From NCBI GenBank assembly GCA_039029995.1, contig JBCCFB010000002.1:14318-78317 (forward strand): a DNA stretch of 64,000 nt, given 5' to 3'. A program made the position numbers and the translations under genes. Positions 28,616-38,958 of this stretch are shown here, piece by piece. The DNA comes from Planctomycetota bacterium. Its GTDB lineage: Bacteria > Planctomycetota > Planctomycetia > Pirellulales > Pirellulaceae. The first letter of the stretch is position 1, and each line of letters starts with the position of its first letter. The notes below the pieces were generated by a model, which saw only the letters and a program-made list of their open reading frames with translations, was not told where the DNA came from and did not search any database.

Positions 28616-31600
28616 GTGTCGTTTCGCAAAAACTCTTTCCCCACTGCGCGTGCGCGCTTTGTGGCCTGCTTCTCTTTTACACTTCTGGCAGTCCTTTTTG
28701 CCCTGCCGGTTGAAACCGATGCACAGGTCCGCACCTGGTCTTCTGCGACCAGCGGCGACTGGGATCTTGCTGGAAACTGGACCGGCGGCACTCCGGACAC
28801 GCCGACGGAATCAGCAGTCCTCGGCGGATCAACAACGTATACCGTCGCCTATCGAAATCTGTCCCTTACGATCGATTCATTGTCAATCGACAACTCGCTG
28901 GCGACACTGCTGATCGAAACTGACACCGGCAACACCAATTTGACGGTAGAAAACGACGTCACCAACAACGGCACCATCCGGATCGACAGCGACTCCGGCT
29001 TTGATCCCTCGTTGACTGTCAACAGCGGGACTTTGACCAACAACGGCACGGTCAGTTTCGGAGGGACATCAACCAGCGGGACCACGCTCCGCTCCCTGAG
29101 CGCGGACGTCGTGAACAACGGACTATTCAGAGTCGATCAGAATGCGCGACTGACTAGAAACAACGGTGTTTTCACCAATAACAGCCTGGTCGATATCGCC
29201 ACAGGAAAAACACTTGATTTCGGTGCTGCGACGGCAACGTTCAACATGAACGGAGGAACAGTCAAGAACTCAGGCGCGTTCAACTTTTCCGGTGACACAC
29301 TCAATTTCAATGCCGGCAACTTCACTGACAACGCGATCAGCCTCAATAATTCGACGCTGAACATCGGCACCGGTAGTACGGGCACAGGCGTGTTCAACAT
29401 GACCGGCCTGGGTAATTACAACGGAGACCTTGCGGCCGCCCAGACGATCAATATCACTCCCGGCTCAGGCAACACGACGATCACCGCCACGAGTGACTTC
29501 GATAACAATGGAACGATCAACCTCGACAGCGACAACGGTTTCGACGTACTGCTGACCCGCGATGGAAGCATCACCAACAACGCCACGATCAATTTCGGTG
29601 GCACATCGGATGACGGAGTTACGCTCCGCCGGCTCAGCGCCGATGTCACCAACAACGGAACGGTCAACGTTAATCAGAACGGGCGGCTTACACGGAACGG
29701 CGGGACATTCAACAATGACGGTACGGTAAACATCGCTACCGACCGGTTCCTCGATTTTGAATCGGCAACCGGAACATTCGTTCAGGACAGCGGCAGTGTG
29801 AACAATCTCGGCTCGTTCAACTTTCTGGGAGACACACTGAACTTCAATGGCGGCAATTTCAGCGGCAACGCCGTCAGCCTGAACAACTCGACGCTCAATA
29901 TCGGAGCAGGAAGTACGGGTACCGGTGAATTCAACATGACCGGCCTCGGCAACTACAGCGGGGATCTGGCTGCTGCCCAGACTTTGAATATCAACCCGGG
30001 CACGGGAAACACAACGATTACGGCAGCGGACGACTTCACCAACAACGGCACCATCAACCTCGACAGTGACAACGGGTTCGACGTTCTGCTGACGCGGGCA
30101 GGTTCTATTACCAATGACGCAACCGTAAATTTCGGCGGCACATCCGATGACGGATTCACCATTCGCCGGCTCAGCGCGGATGTCGTCAACAACGGAACTG
30201 TGAACGTCAATCAGAACGGACGATTGAGCCGGAACAGCGGCATCTTCACCAACAACAGTTCAGTCAACATCGCCAGTGGAAAGACGCTCGATTTCGACAC
30301 CGCTCTTGGAACTTTCAATCACGAAGCCGGCACCGTCGATAACCAGGGTTCGTTCAACTTTTCCGGAGACACACTCAACTTCAACGGTGGTGTCTTCTCT
30401 GGAAACGCGATCAGCATGAACAATTCGACTTTGAACATCGGCGCCGGCAGCACTGGTGCGGGCGTCTTTGATATGACCGGCCTGGGCAACTACAGCGGCG
30501 ATCTCGCGGTCTCGCAAACGGTGAACATTAATCCAGGCACAGGAAATACCGTCATCACTGCGGCAGCGGACTTCACAAATAATGGAACGTTCAACCTGGA
30601 TAGCGATAACGGATTCGACTCTTCGCTCACTCTGGCGGGGACCCTGACAAACGAAGGCCTGATGAACTTCGGTGGCACATCAGATTCCGGAGTAACCCTG
30701 CGGCAGCTCAGCGCCGATGTCATCAACAACGGGTCATTCAACATCAACCAGAACGCACGACTGACGCGGAATACCGGGGTCTTCACTAACAACAATGAAG
30801 TCAACATTGCCGCCGGCAGGACGCTGGATTTCGCTACTGCCACGGGTAAGTTCAACCAGGATGGCGGCAATGTGGACAACCAGGGAGCATTCAACTTTGC
30901 CGGTGACACACTCAACTTCAACGGCGGTGACTTCTCCGGAAACGCAATCAGCCTTTCGAATTCCACTTTGAATATCGGTGTCGGCAGTACAGGTACCGGG
31001 GAGTTCGACATGTCCGGCCTGGGCACCTACAGCGGCAATCTTGCTGCTGCCCAGACAGTGAACATCAATCCTGGCACAGGAAACACAGTCGTCACAGCAA
31101 CAGGCGATTTCACAAATTCGGGAACGATCAACCTCGACAGTGACAACGGTTTTGATGTGACCCTGGCCAGAGCCGGCCGGATCACCAACGACGGAACGAT
31201 CAACTACGGTGGAACGGGCACATCGGGCGTTACTTTCAGAAGGCTCTCTGCTGAGATCGACAACAACGGCCTGGTCGACTTTATTACTGAGAACACCAGT
31301 CACAAATTCGGCACCGCCGGAGCAGACCACATCAACAACGGCACTCTATTCAATCGCGAAGACGGTTCGATCGTTGAATTTCTCGGCAGTTCATTCACAA
31401 ACGATATCGGAGGATCTCTCAACGGAGTCGGCGAATATGATTTCACCCAAACCGGACTGGTCAGCAACGGAATCATCGATCCGGGCACAAGTCCCGGAAT
31501 CCTGCACCTGGACGGGACGATCAACCTGGGCACCACTTCCGAAATTGCCATCGAGATCGGCGGGCTGGCTCAGGGTTCAGAGTACGATCTGCTCAATGTC

Positions 31601-31903
31601 TATGACTTCATTTCACTCGACGGTGACCTGAACTTCGGGTTCATCAACGGGTTCGAAAACAGCGTTTCAAACTCGGATACGTTTACCGTACTGACTGCGG
31701 GAACGCTTAGTGGCACATTCGCGGGCATCGCTGACGGTGACACCGTTTTTGAACGTCACGGAAACGGTTCATTCACGCTCAACTACTCCGGCAACAGTGT
31801 TGTGCTGAGCAACTTCCAGCCGAATGCGATTCCAGAACCTGCGACGGCGGGGCTGATTGCGTGCACTCTGGGCGTGCTCATGATTCGCCGAAAAAGAGCC
31901 TGA
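28616..31903 (+). CDS. PEP-CTERM surface protein with long beta-strand tandem repeats
   Basis: Signal peptide; N/G/T-rich repeats; autotransporter-like PGTSPGIL...GSEYDLL segment; C-terminal IPEPATAGLIACTLGVLMIRRKRA. Confidence 0.9.
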   Translation: MSFRKNSFPTARARFVACFSFTLLAVLFALPVETDAQVRTWSSATSGDWDLAGNWTGGTPDTPTESAVLGGSTTYTVAYRNLSLTIDSLSIDNSLATLLIETDTGNTNLTVENDVTNNGTIRIDSDSGFDPSLTVNSGTLTNNGTVSFGGTSTSGTTLRSLSADVVNNGLFRVDQNARLTRNNGVFTNNSLVDIATGKTLDFGAATATFNMNGGTVKNSGAFNFSGDTLNFNAGNFTDNAISLNNSTLNIGTGSTGTGVFNMTGLGNYNGDLAAAQTINITPGSGNTTITATSDFDNNGTINLDSDNGFDVLLTRDGSITNNATINFGGTSDDGVTLRRLSADVTNNGTVNVNQNGRLTRNGGTFNNDGTVNIATDRFLDFESATGTFVQDSGSVNNLGSFNFLGDTLNFNGGNFSGNAVSLNNSTLNIGAGSTGTGEFNMTGLGNYSGDLAAAQTLNINPGTGNTTITAADDFTNNGTINLDSDNGFDVLLTRAGSITNDATVNFGGTSDDGFTIRRLSADVVNNGTVNVNQNGRLSRNSGIFTNNSSVNIASGKTLDFDTALGTFNHEAGTVDNQGSFNFSGDTLNFNGGVFSGNAISMNNSTLNIGAGSTGAGVFDMTGLGNYSGDLAVSQTVNINPGTGNTVITAAADFTNNGTFNLDSDNGFDSSLTLAGTLTNEGLMNFGGTSDSGVTLRQLSADVINNGSFNINQNARLTRNTGVFTNNNEVNIAAGRTLDFATATGKFNQDGGNVDNQGAFNFAGDTLNFNGGDFSGNAISLSNSTLNIGVGSTGTGEFDMSGLGTYSGNLAAAQTVNINPGTGNTVVTATGDFTNSGTINLDSDNGFDVTLARAGRITNDGTINYGGTGTSGVTFRRLSAEIDNNGLVDFITENTSHKFGTAGADHINNGTLFNREDGSIVEFLGSSFTNDIGGSLNGVGEYDFTQTGLVSNGIIDPGTSPGILHLDGTINLGTTSEIAIEIGGLAQGSEYDLLNVYDFISLDGDLNFGFINGFENSVSNSDTFTVLTAGTLSGTFAGIADGDTVFERHGNGSFTLNYSGNSVVLSNFQPNAIPEPATAGLIACTLGVLMIRRKRA
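28960..31280 (+). repeat. Intragenic tandem repeat of about 179 aa (about 4.3 units)
   Basis: Equivalent (I/L)DSD codons at 28981, 29521, 30058, 30595 and 31132: spacings 540, 537, 537 and 537 nt. Confidence 0.9.
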
Positions 31904-31924
31904 GCAGGCGCCTGCGATGCAGAA

Positions 31925-33016
31925 CTACCTCTGAGGCGCATCTGGAATCCGTATGCGCTCCTGCTCGCTGACGAAATAACCGTTGTTTAAGAAGCTAAGC
32001 GTCGCGTCCATGACTTCCGGCTGGTACATCATCGTGCTGTGCAACAGCGGCCGGACGTAAAGATCGTCAGCGCCGGCAAGCCTGGCTTCCTCTAGACTTA
32101 CCGTCAGATCATCGGGACCTCCGATTAGCGGATTGCCTCTGCGTCCATCTGGCTGGGCTCCCGCCACGATGCCGAATTCCGTATTGGGAATCGCGAGGCT
32201 TTCAGCAAGACTGTCAAACGTCTCGCCGAGTTCCGCTCCGGGAGCGCCCGTAATAACGGCATAGAGAAAACTGTTTTGCAGAATCTTTGCCATTCCCGAT
32301 CCTTGATTCGGCGGACCGAGCATAACGATCCGTCCGATCCGCGGATCACCTTGACGGCCGGTAACAGAATCCGTCGTATCTTGCAGATAGTGACGCAAAA
32401 CGATGTTACCCATCGAATGGCCGACAAAGTTGATTTCGGTTACGTCCGGCCCGAGTTCGTCAATCAATTGCCGCAGCGAAGCGGCGTGCACAGAGATCGG
32501 ATCACGGGTGCTCGCGTATTCGAAAGGAACAACCTGATAGCCGTTTTCACTAAGGAAAGCATCAAGGTCGCTCAACGACCTGCGTGATCGTAGAAGCCCA
32601 TGAAGCAACACAACGACTTTTCCGGAATAGCGGGTCACCTGACCGTTCTCGACGGCCTGGTTTAATTGGTGTTCACAATGCTCCCTTGAACCCCACGCCC
32701 TTCGTACATTTCCAGCATCGATTAACCGGTGGTGACCTGTTACCGAATTCCGCTGTACTCGCCATCCACCTGAGTTTCGAACGTCCGTCCAGAATTGCTG
32801 ACCTCCGCGCGTCGGCATCGCCAGATTCCACATACCGCCGCGAGGCTGGCGCTCAGGCTCGTTTTCCTGCGTTCCCTGGTAAGTGGAAACAAAAACGACC
32901 TGCCGGCATTCCAGACAGGTCGTATTGTGCTCTTTATTGTTGCAATGCCTGCCTGCTCCGGAAATATGACAGAGGTGACAGGCGATGACACAGATGATTA
33001 GAGGAATTGGTCCCAT
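31925..33016 (-). CDS. Alpha/beta hydrolase (lipase/esterase-like); true start probably downstream of 33016
   Basis: LHGLLRS, nucleophile GHSMG, LGPPNQGS, DDLTV, LLHS. Confidence 0.85.
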   Translation of the reverse strand: MGPIPLIICVIACHLCHISGAGRHCNNKEHNTTCLECRQVVFVSTYQGTQENEPERQPRGGMWNLAMPTRGGQQFWTDVRNSGGWRVQRNSVTGHHRLIDAGNVRRAWGSREHCEHQLNQAVENGQVTRYSGKVVVLLHGLLRSRRSLSDLDAFLSENGYQVVPFEYASTRDPISVHAASLRQLIDELGPDVTEINFVGHSMGNIVLRHYLQDTTDSVTGRQGDPRIGRIVMLGPPNQGSGMAKILQNSFLYAVITGAPGAELGETFDSLAESLAIPNTEFGIVAGAQPDGRRGNPLIGGPDDLTVSLEEARLAGADDLYVRPLLHSTMMYQPEVMDATLSFLNNGYFVSEQERIRIPDAPQR

Positions 33017-34074
33017 TGCTTCTTTTCAAGCTGTTTAACGACGTCTCGAATTGCGCCTTCGTGCTTCTTGCTTGCAACAAGCGTGGCATCCGGCGTATGG
33101 ACAACGATACAGTCTTCCAGACCGACAGTCACGATCAAGTGATCATCTGTGGATCGAATGATAGTGCCCTTGGTTTCGATCTCAAGGTGATTACCGTAAG
33201 TCGCATTGCCTGCTTCATTTACGCCGCTGAGCCGTGGGATGGCGGTCCAGTTGCCAAGATCATCCCAGGTAAATGGAGCTTCGATGACACTGACGTTGTC
33301 GTAGCGTTCCATTACGGCATAGTCGATCGACTTTCCGTTAATTGCACAGAATTCTGTTTCGAGTGTCTGCTGGAAATCATCCGTTCCGATCGAGTCGGCA
33401 ATTTTCCTGATGTGGGCGAACATCTCCGGCTCAAACTTCTCCAGAGCGTCCAGTACAGTCTTCGCCTTCCAGATAAAAATCCCTGAGTTCCAGTAGAACG
33501 TTCCGGCGTCGAGGAACTGTTTTGCTGTTTCCGCATCCGGTTTCTCGCGGAACCTTGCAACTTTGAACGTCGGCAGTGCTCCCGGGATGGTCGCTCCATT
33601 ACGTTCAATGTAACCAAAGTTCTCCGACGGATGATCGGGCTTTATTCCCAGCGTCACGATTCTTGTTGGATCTTCTTCTACAACGGCTGCCGCGTGGCGC
33701 ATCGCTTCCTGGAAGACTTCCTTCGGACCGATGACATGATCTGCCGGCATGACAACCATCGTCGCGTCCGGATCTTTGGCATACACAAGTGCAGCGGCCA
33801 GACCGACACAAGGTGCAGTGTCCCGCTTGGCCGGTTCTCCAATGATGCAATCGCGCGGAACATCAGGGAGTTGTGCCGCAATTGAATCCACCAGTGATTC
33901 ATTGGTTACGATGAGTAGTTGCTCGCTTCCACACAGGCCTTCCATCCGGTCAGCTGTCGCCTGGATCATCGACCGGTCACCAACCAGATTGAGCAATTGC
34001 TTTGGATTGTCGCGTCGGCTGGCAGGCCAGAAACGGGTGCCGGTGCCACCTGCCATAATTGTCGCATGTATCAT
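32998..34074 (-). CDS. manC: Mannose-1-phosphate guanylyltransferase (no isomerase domain)
   Basis: IMAGGTGTRFWPASR, EPAKRDTAP, PADH, FREKP, WNSGIF, WDDLG. Confidence 0.92.
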   Translation of the reverse strand: MIHATIMAGGTGTRFWPASRRDNPKQLLNLVGDRSMIQATADRMEGLCGSEQLLIVTNESLVDSIAAQLPDVPRDCIIGEPAKRDTAPCVGLAAALVYAKDPDATMVVMPADHVIGPKEVFQEAMRHAAAVVEEDPTRIVTLGIKPDHPSENFGYIERNGATIPGALPTFKVARFREKPDAETAKQFLDAGTFYWNSGIFIWKAKTVLDALEKFEPEMFAHIRKIADSIGTDDFQQTLETEFCAINGKSIDYAVMERYDNVSVIEAPFTWDDLGNWTAIPRLSGVNEAGNATYGNHLEIETKGTIIRSTDDHLIVTVGLEDCIVVHTPDATLVASKKHEGAIRDVVKQLEKKQWDQFL

Positions 34075-34257
34075 GATTACTCCGATTATCTGACGGCTCT
34101 TCTGAGGGCATCCCTCTCATCACAAGGGGTTGCGCCAGAGGAGCACAGTTTCATCGCTAAGTTAGGTCACAGGAAAAAGCGGTCTGAATCATTAGCCGGC
34201 CCCGAGGGTATTCCCCGGGCATCAGCCCTTGTATCCGGACTCATTACAACAGCCTTA

Positions 34258-35670
34258 TCATTTCAGGTAGACGGATCCGCTGAATGATTGTCCGGCCTCC
34301 AGCCGGGAAGCGACTTCAGACGGCTCAACGGCGTAGAACGGACTGATTTCGATGACCGCCCCGTCCTCGACCCGGGCTCCTGCTTCCCGTAGCCATTTGG
34401 AATGCAGCGCCGAGATCGCGGCCTTCACGTGTTCGGGCGTCTCGGACGGTGCAGGGGGCGCGTTCTTGACCGCACAGAATCCCTCGGAAGCCTCTACCTC
34501 ACATACGATGGCGTTCGCCGCATGCGGTAGCAGATCAAAGATGAATCTTTCGAATTTGATTGCGTTCGGTTCGTCCGGCTTGATCTGGTTTCCACTGGCG
34601 TCAACACATGGAACCTTCTTTCGCGCCCGGTGAAACGGAAGCGATTCATCGCTCGCGGCACTCCGCTTCAGGAATTCAATATCAAAAACATGGACCGCAA
34701 TGCTGCCTGCCCATAGTTTCAACGAACCATCGTCGTTTGTCTGCCTCGCGTGCTCTTCGGGTAGGTCGCTGTATTCGATGATCTGCACTTTGCCATCGAT
34801 ACTGACGACGTTACCGACTTTCTGCAGCGGATCTGATTTACGAACCACCTGCGATGTCATTTCCGATCCGCGATCGATGTGGTATCCGATCAGGGCGGGA
34901 TTACAGACCTGAACAAGAGGATTGTCGATCTGGGCATAAAAAATGTGCTTTACCCCCCGCTTGTCCATTTCAGACAGGCATCCGCTGCCATCGAGTGCAG
35001 CGAGCATACCTCCATGTCCGTCCGGCGACTCAAATAGTTCGCCTTCGCTGCCGAGAATCAGCTTGCCATCAAAATCGACTGCCGGCATTGTTCCCTGACA
35101 GAAAACCCGGACGTCATCACGTGCCATACCGTAGTAATCGCAGCCCTCGAGAAACCCGAGAGTCTCCTCGTGAACCGGCGGGCTTGTCATGATAAGCAAG
35201 GGAATTTTCGAATCGAACTGTGCGGCCCGGGCCATCACGTGCTGAAAGAACATTTCGAACAGTGTTCTATCGCTGACCGGACCGATGGGGAACATGCCTT
35301 TGGGATGCTCAAATCCGAGGCGACTCCCCTGCCCTCCTGCGGTAAGAATCATGGCGACCTCGCCGTTGCGCAGTGCGTCTGCACCGATTCCGTAGGCGCG
35401 TTCGTAGGAATCCGGATCATTGAAGTCAGCCGTCGTCACTGCCGGAGGTACTTCAGCGCGAGCTGCAAGCTGCTCCCATTGCTCTCCGTCATCCTGTTTC
35501 GAAAACAGTTTTCCGATCAGTTCGAAATCGATCCCTCCGATCTGTGCCACCAGCGACTTGCGAGCCGGCTCATCGAGTTTGTTCCAATGGGCGAGGAGAT
35601 GACTTTGATCGTGAGTTGCAGTCAGAGCAACGACTTCTTCAAAAGTCGGGTTCTGCGGTGTCGAGTTCAT
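34258..35670 (-). CDS. UDPGP-family (UAP1-like) UDP-sugar pyrophosphorylase
   Basis: LTAGGQGSRLGFEHPKG, SPDGHGG, QIDN, KVGNV, IIEYSD, KFERFIFD; start ATG 35670. Confidence 0.92.
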   Translation of the reverse strand: MNSTPQNPTFEEVVALTATHDQSHLLAHWNKLDEPARKSLVAQIGGIDFELIGKLFSKQDDGEQWEQLAARAEVPPAVTTADFNDPDSYERAYGIGADALRNGEVAMILTAGGQGSRLGFEHPKGMFPIGPVSDRTLFEMFFQHVMARAAQFDSKIPLLIMTSPPVHEETLGFLEGCDYYGMARDDVRVFCQGTMPAVDFDGKLILGSEGELFESPDGHGGMLAALDGSGCLSEMDKRGVKHIFYAQIDNPLVQVCNPALIGYHIDRGSEMTSQVVRKSDPLQKVGNVVSIDGKVQIIEYSDLPEEHARQTNDDGSLKLWAGSIAVHVFDIEFLKRSAASDESLPFHRARKKVPCVDASGNQIKPDEPNAIKFERFIFDLLPHAANAIVCEVEASEGFCAVKNAPPAPSETPEHVKAAISALHSKWLREAGARVEDGAVIEISPFYAVEPSEVASRLEAGQSFSGSVYLK

Positions 35671-35671
35671 T

Positions 35672-36037
35672 TCAACCTTCGTTAACTTCCGGGTAAGCGA
35701 TGATTTCCACGAGGACGCGGGTTTCAACTTCGACCGCACGCTCCATTACTATTTCGGCCCGAATACCGAACTTTCTACAGTCAGTGACCTTAATCGTTGC
35801 ACGTTCGTTGTCCATTACCATCGCCTGCACACCGGGAACCTCCTGAAACGGAGGGGTAAGGGGCACGTGAAGCGCATGGCGCTGTCTGCCCGGCTCGAAT
35901 GTACAACGATAATATCCGACCTGGGATTCCTGATCTGCAGAGCCTGAGCGGACTACGTGCTGGGTCAACCCGGGATCCGCAAGAATGCGATCCAGGAGAA
36001 GTTCGGGATCTGTGATTCCCGTTTCCGGTTCATTCAA
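35672..36037 (-). CDS. Hypothetical protein
   Basis: 121-aa ORF abutting the pyrophosphorylase start, consistent with coupling; no recognisable motif. Confidence 0.65.
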   Translation of the reverse strand: MNEPETGITDPELLLDRILADPGLTQHVVRSGSADQESQVGYYRCTFEPGRQRHALHVPLTPPFQEVPGVQAMVMDNERATIKVTDCRKFGIRAEIVMERAVEVETRVLVEIIAYPEVNEG

Positions 36038-36108
36038 TTTGACACGCGGTTTGTTAGGACTGAGGCGGGCTGCGACGAGCCTTCATCATACGGGAAAACC
36101 ACAAAACG

Positions 36109-36136
36109 AAAAAAGCGGCTCTTGCGAGCCGCTTTT
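36109..36136 (-). terminator. Rho-independent terminator downstream of metK
   Basis: AAAAGCGGCTC-ttgc-GAGCCGCTTTT hairpin flanked by A/T runs. Confidence 0.85.
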
Positions 36137-36213
36137 GAAATTCGTTTTCTGCTGTCAGCACGTTGCTGAGCTGCACAGTCTGCCGGACATGACAGAAACG
36201 GCCACAGGAAAGC

Positions 36214-37380
36214 CTAGGCGCCTGCTGAAGCAGCCGCTTTGTCAGCCAGTTCCTGAGCCTTGTCGGTGTTTTCCCAGGTGAAATCCGGATCGTTCCGCCC
36301 GAAGTGCCCGCCTGCAGCAGTTTTGCTGAAAATCGGGCGACGCAGCTGCAAGTGCTCAATGATCTTCTGAGTTGAGAGCTCAAAAGTATCACGGACCAGG
36401 TTGCAGATCGTCGCATCATCGACGGTTCCGGTTCCTTCGGTGTCAACGTGAACACTCACAGGATCGGCAACCCCGATCGCATATGCCAGTTGAACTTCGC
36501 AGCGTCTGGCGAGACCAGCGGCAACGATATTCTTAGCAACATATCGGGCCATGTAGGCTGCACTGCGGTCAACTTTCGTTGAGTCTTTTCCGCTGAATGC
36601 GCCGCCGCCATGACGACCCCAGCCGCCGTAGGTATCAACAATAATCTTGCGACCGGTCAGACCGCAGTCTCCATGCGGACCACCAATCACGAAGTTGCCC
36701 GTTGGATTGATGTGATAGGTGATGTCGCCTTTGTTCAGCTCCGCCGGCAGGCACGGGTTAATGATCTCATCTCTGATGAATGCCTTGAGCGTGTCGTTGT
36801 CGACGTCAGGACTGTGCTGCGTCGAAACGACCACTGTGTCGATCCGTACGGGAGTTGAGCCGTCGTATTCAACGGTAACCTGCGACTTGCTGTCCGGACG
36901 GAGCCAGTTGACTTCGTTATCGAATCGAGCCTTGTTGAGGCGGTCAAGGATTTTGTGCGACAGTGCAATCGGCAAGGGCATCAGCTCTTCCGTGTCATCA
37001 CACGCGTAACCGAACATGAGCCCCTGGTCACCAGCACCGTCAGCATCCACGCCCATCGCGATGTCCGGGCTTTGCTGGTCGAGCCGGACGATGACTTCGC
37101 AATCATCACATCCGATACCGGTATCAGGATCGGTGTAGCCAACTCTTCGCATTACGTCACGGACGACTTTCTCAACGTCAACTTTGTCGATACCACCCGA
37201 TGTAATTTCACCGGCGATTACTGCAAGGCCGGTTGTCACCATTGTCTCACAGGCAACACGGCTCTTTGGATCGTGTTCCAGCATCGCATCGAGAACAGCA
37301 TCTGAGATCTGGTCAGCCAGTTTGTCGGGGTGGCCCATGCTGACCGATTCGCTTGTAAATAGATATTTTCCGGAGGCCAC
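36214..37380 (-). CDS. metK: S-adenosylmethionine synthetase
   Basis: [69 protein letters not shown]. Confidence 0.98.
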   Translation of the reverse strand: MASGKYLFTSESVSMGHPDKLADQISDAVLDAMLEHDPKSRVACETMVTTGLAVIAGEITSGGIDKVDVEKVVRDVMRRVGYTDPDTGIGCDDCEVIVRLDQQSPDIAMGVDADGAGDQGLMFGYACDDTEELMPLPIALSHKILDRLNKARFDNEVNWLRPDSKSQVTVEYDGSTPVRIDTVVVSTQHSPDVDNDTLKAFIRDEIINPCLPAELNKGDITYHINPTGNFVIGGPHGDCGLTGRKIIVDTYGGWGRHGGGAFSGKDSTKVDRSAAYMARYVAKNIVAAGLARRCEVQLAYAIGVADPVSVHVDTEGTGTVDDATICNLVRDTFELSTQKIIEHLQLRRPIFSKTAAGGHFGRNDPDFTWENTDKAQELADKAAASAGA

Positions 37381-37575
37381 TTTGATTCTCCCTGTATTTC
37401 AATGAACCGACCGCGCGTATTTCTACTTCTTACGCGGAAGGCAGTATTCAGTCTTAACGGACTTTGAGCCCCGAATTGTAACTTAAGCTAATCCAGATGC
37501 TCAACGGCTAGAATGTGAACAACAGCCGAATTAGCACGAATTCAAGGCCGCTTCGACCCTCGGTGCCATAAGAAC

Positions 37576-38922
37576 TCAAGCTGCGGTCGGCACGTGCTTG
37601 CGAGAATCATCAGCACTTTGAGGGATCATCTGTAGCAGTAATTCGACCGTTGCGTCTGCGGCTCCCTGCTGGGCTCGAACAACTGCATTTGCACGTTCGG
37701 CTTGTTGGCCGGTAGCAACCGGATCAGAAAGCGAACTGTCGATAAAGTCTGCCAGCTGATCCTCATTTTGCACGACAACGGCGGCGTTTGCAGAGAGAAG
37801 GCTTTCGACCACTGCTTGAAAGTTCCGGGTATTCGGACCGAATGAAATCGGAACTCCAAGTGCTGCCGGCTCAATCATATTCTGTCCGCCACGCCGTGTA
37901 CCCATGCTCCCACCGACATAACCGACATCAGCCAGCGACCACCATGCCGTCAGCTCACCGATTACGTCAACGACGATCACAGCTTTGTCAGGCGCAAAAC
38001 CAGTTTGGCCGGGTGTACAGCCTGCCATCGTCTCTGAGCGCCGAATGTAATTCAGGTTCAATGCGTTCAGAGTATCAACGGCTGTCGCCAACTTTTCGGG
38101 GTGACGGGGAACCAGCACCAGTCTCAGCTCCCGATGTTTTTGCGCAAGACGCTGATAGACGCGCAGCACAACGTCGTCTTCATCCGGCTGCGTGCTACCG
38201 GCGACGAAAACATGTTCACAATCTTCAATCCCGAAGATCTGCCTCAGTGATTCTGCATGTGGAGTGTTGCGATCTGTGCGTGCGCCGTCAAACTTCACGT
38301 TTCCAGTTACCACGACACAGTTTCGCTTACATCCAAGTTCAATAAATCTGGATTCGTAGGTCTCATTCTGAACAGCGATTAGACTGATTCGCTTAAGCAC
38401 TCCACCGACAATCCATCGCAGACGGGAATAGCCGCGATAACTTGATTCGCTCAATCTTGCGTTAGCGACCATCACAGGAACCCCCTGCTTCGAGGTTATC
38501 GTTATCAGATTCGGCCAGAGCTCCAGTTCTGTCAGTACGAGCACGTCCGGCTTGATGCGCTTGAGGACGTTTTTGACAGACCAGGTGAAGTCCATCGGAC
38601 AGAAGAAAACGCAATGTTCGCCAAACCGTTTACGCGCGAGATCGAATCCGGTTTCCGTTGAGGTTGAAATTGCGAACTCAATTGAAGGATCGCGTGCCGA
38701 GATCCGATCAACGATCGGTTTCAGCAAGTTGACTTCACCGACACTCACGGCGTGAAACCAGATTCGACGTACGCCCGCATTCTTCGCCGGCGCGGACACC
38801 AGTCCCAGAAGCTTCTGCCGCCAGCCCCGGCGGCTTTTATTCTGAAACATTGCACGCCAGGCCAGCCACGGCGTGGCCACGACCAGAGAAAACAGATAGA
38901 CGATGTTCAGTAAGTAACTCAC
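37576..38922 (-). CDS. waaA: 3-deoxy-D-manno-octulosonic acid transferase
   Basis: WFHAVSVGE, ELELWPNL, ANARLS, GNVKFD, AGST, VPRHPE, GGSM...GGQNMIEPA. Confidence 0.95.
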   Translation of the reverse strand: MSYLLNIVYLFSLVVATPWLAWRAMFQNKSRRGWRQKLLGLVSAPAKNAGVRRIWFHAVSVGEVNLLKPIVDRISARDPSIEFAISTSTETGFDLARKRFGEHCVFFCPMDFTWSVKNVLKRIKPDVLVLTELELWPNLITITSKQGVPVMVANARLSESSYRGYSRLRWIVGGVLKRISLIAVQNETYESRFIELGCKRNCVVVTGNVKFDGARTDRNTPHAESLRQIFGIEDCEHVFVAGSTQPDEDDVVLRVYQRLAQKHRELRLVLVPRHPEKLATAVDTLNALNLNYIRRSETMAGCTPGQTGFAPDKAVIVVDVIGELTAWWSLADVGYVGGSMGTRRGGQNMIEPAALGVPISFGPNTRNFQAVVESLLSANAAVVVQNEDQLADFIDSSLSDPVATGQQAERANAVVRAQQGAADATVELLLQMIPQSADDSRKHVPTAA

Positions 38923-38958
38923 GCGAATCCTTCCGCACGAATCAATCAGGCAGGCAGG

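Noticed and set aside
28960-31280. Regularly spaced repeats as a possible CRISPR array
   Set aside because: Period is 537 nt, in frame inside a CDS, with synonymous variation; a protein repeat with no cas genes.
37381-37575. Possible SAM riboswitch upstream of metK
   Set aside because: No SAM-I core (TTATC...GAG...GAT) or other recognisable SAM aptamer on the minus strand; a covariance-model search would be needed to exclude rarer classes.
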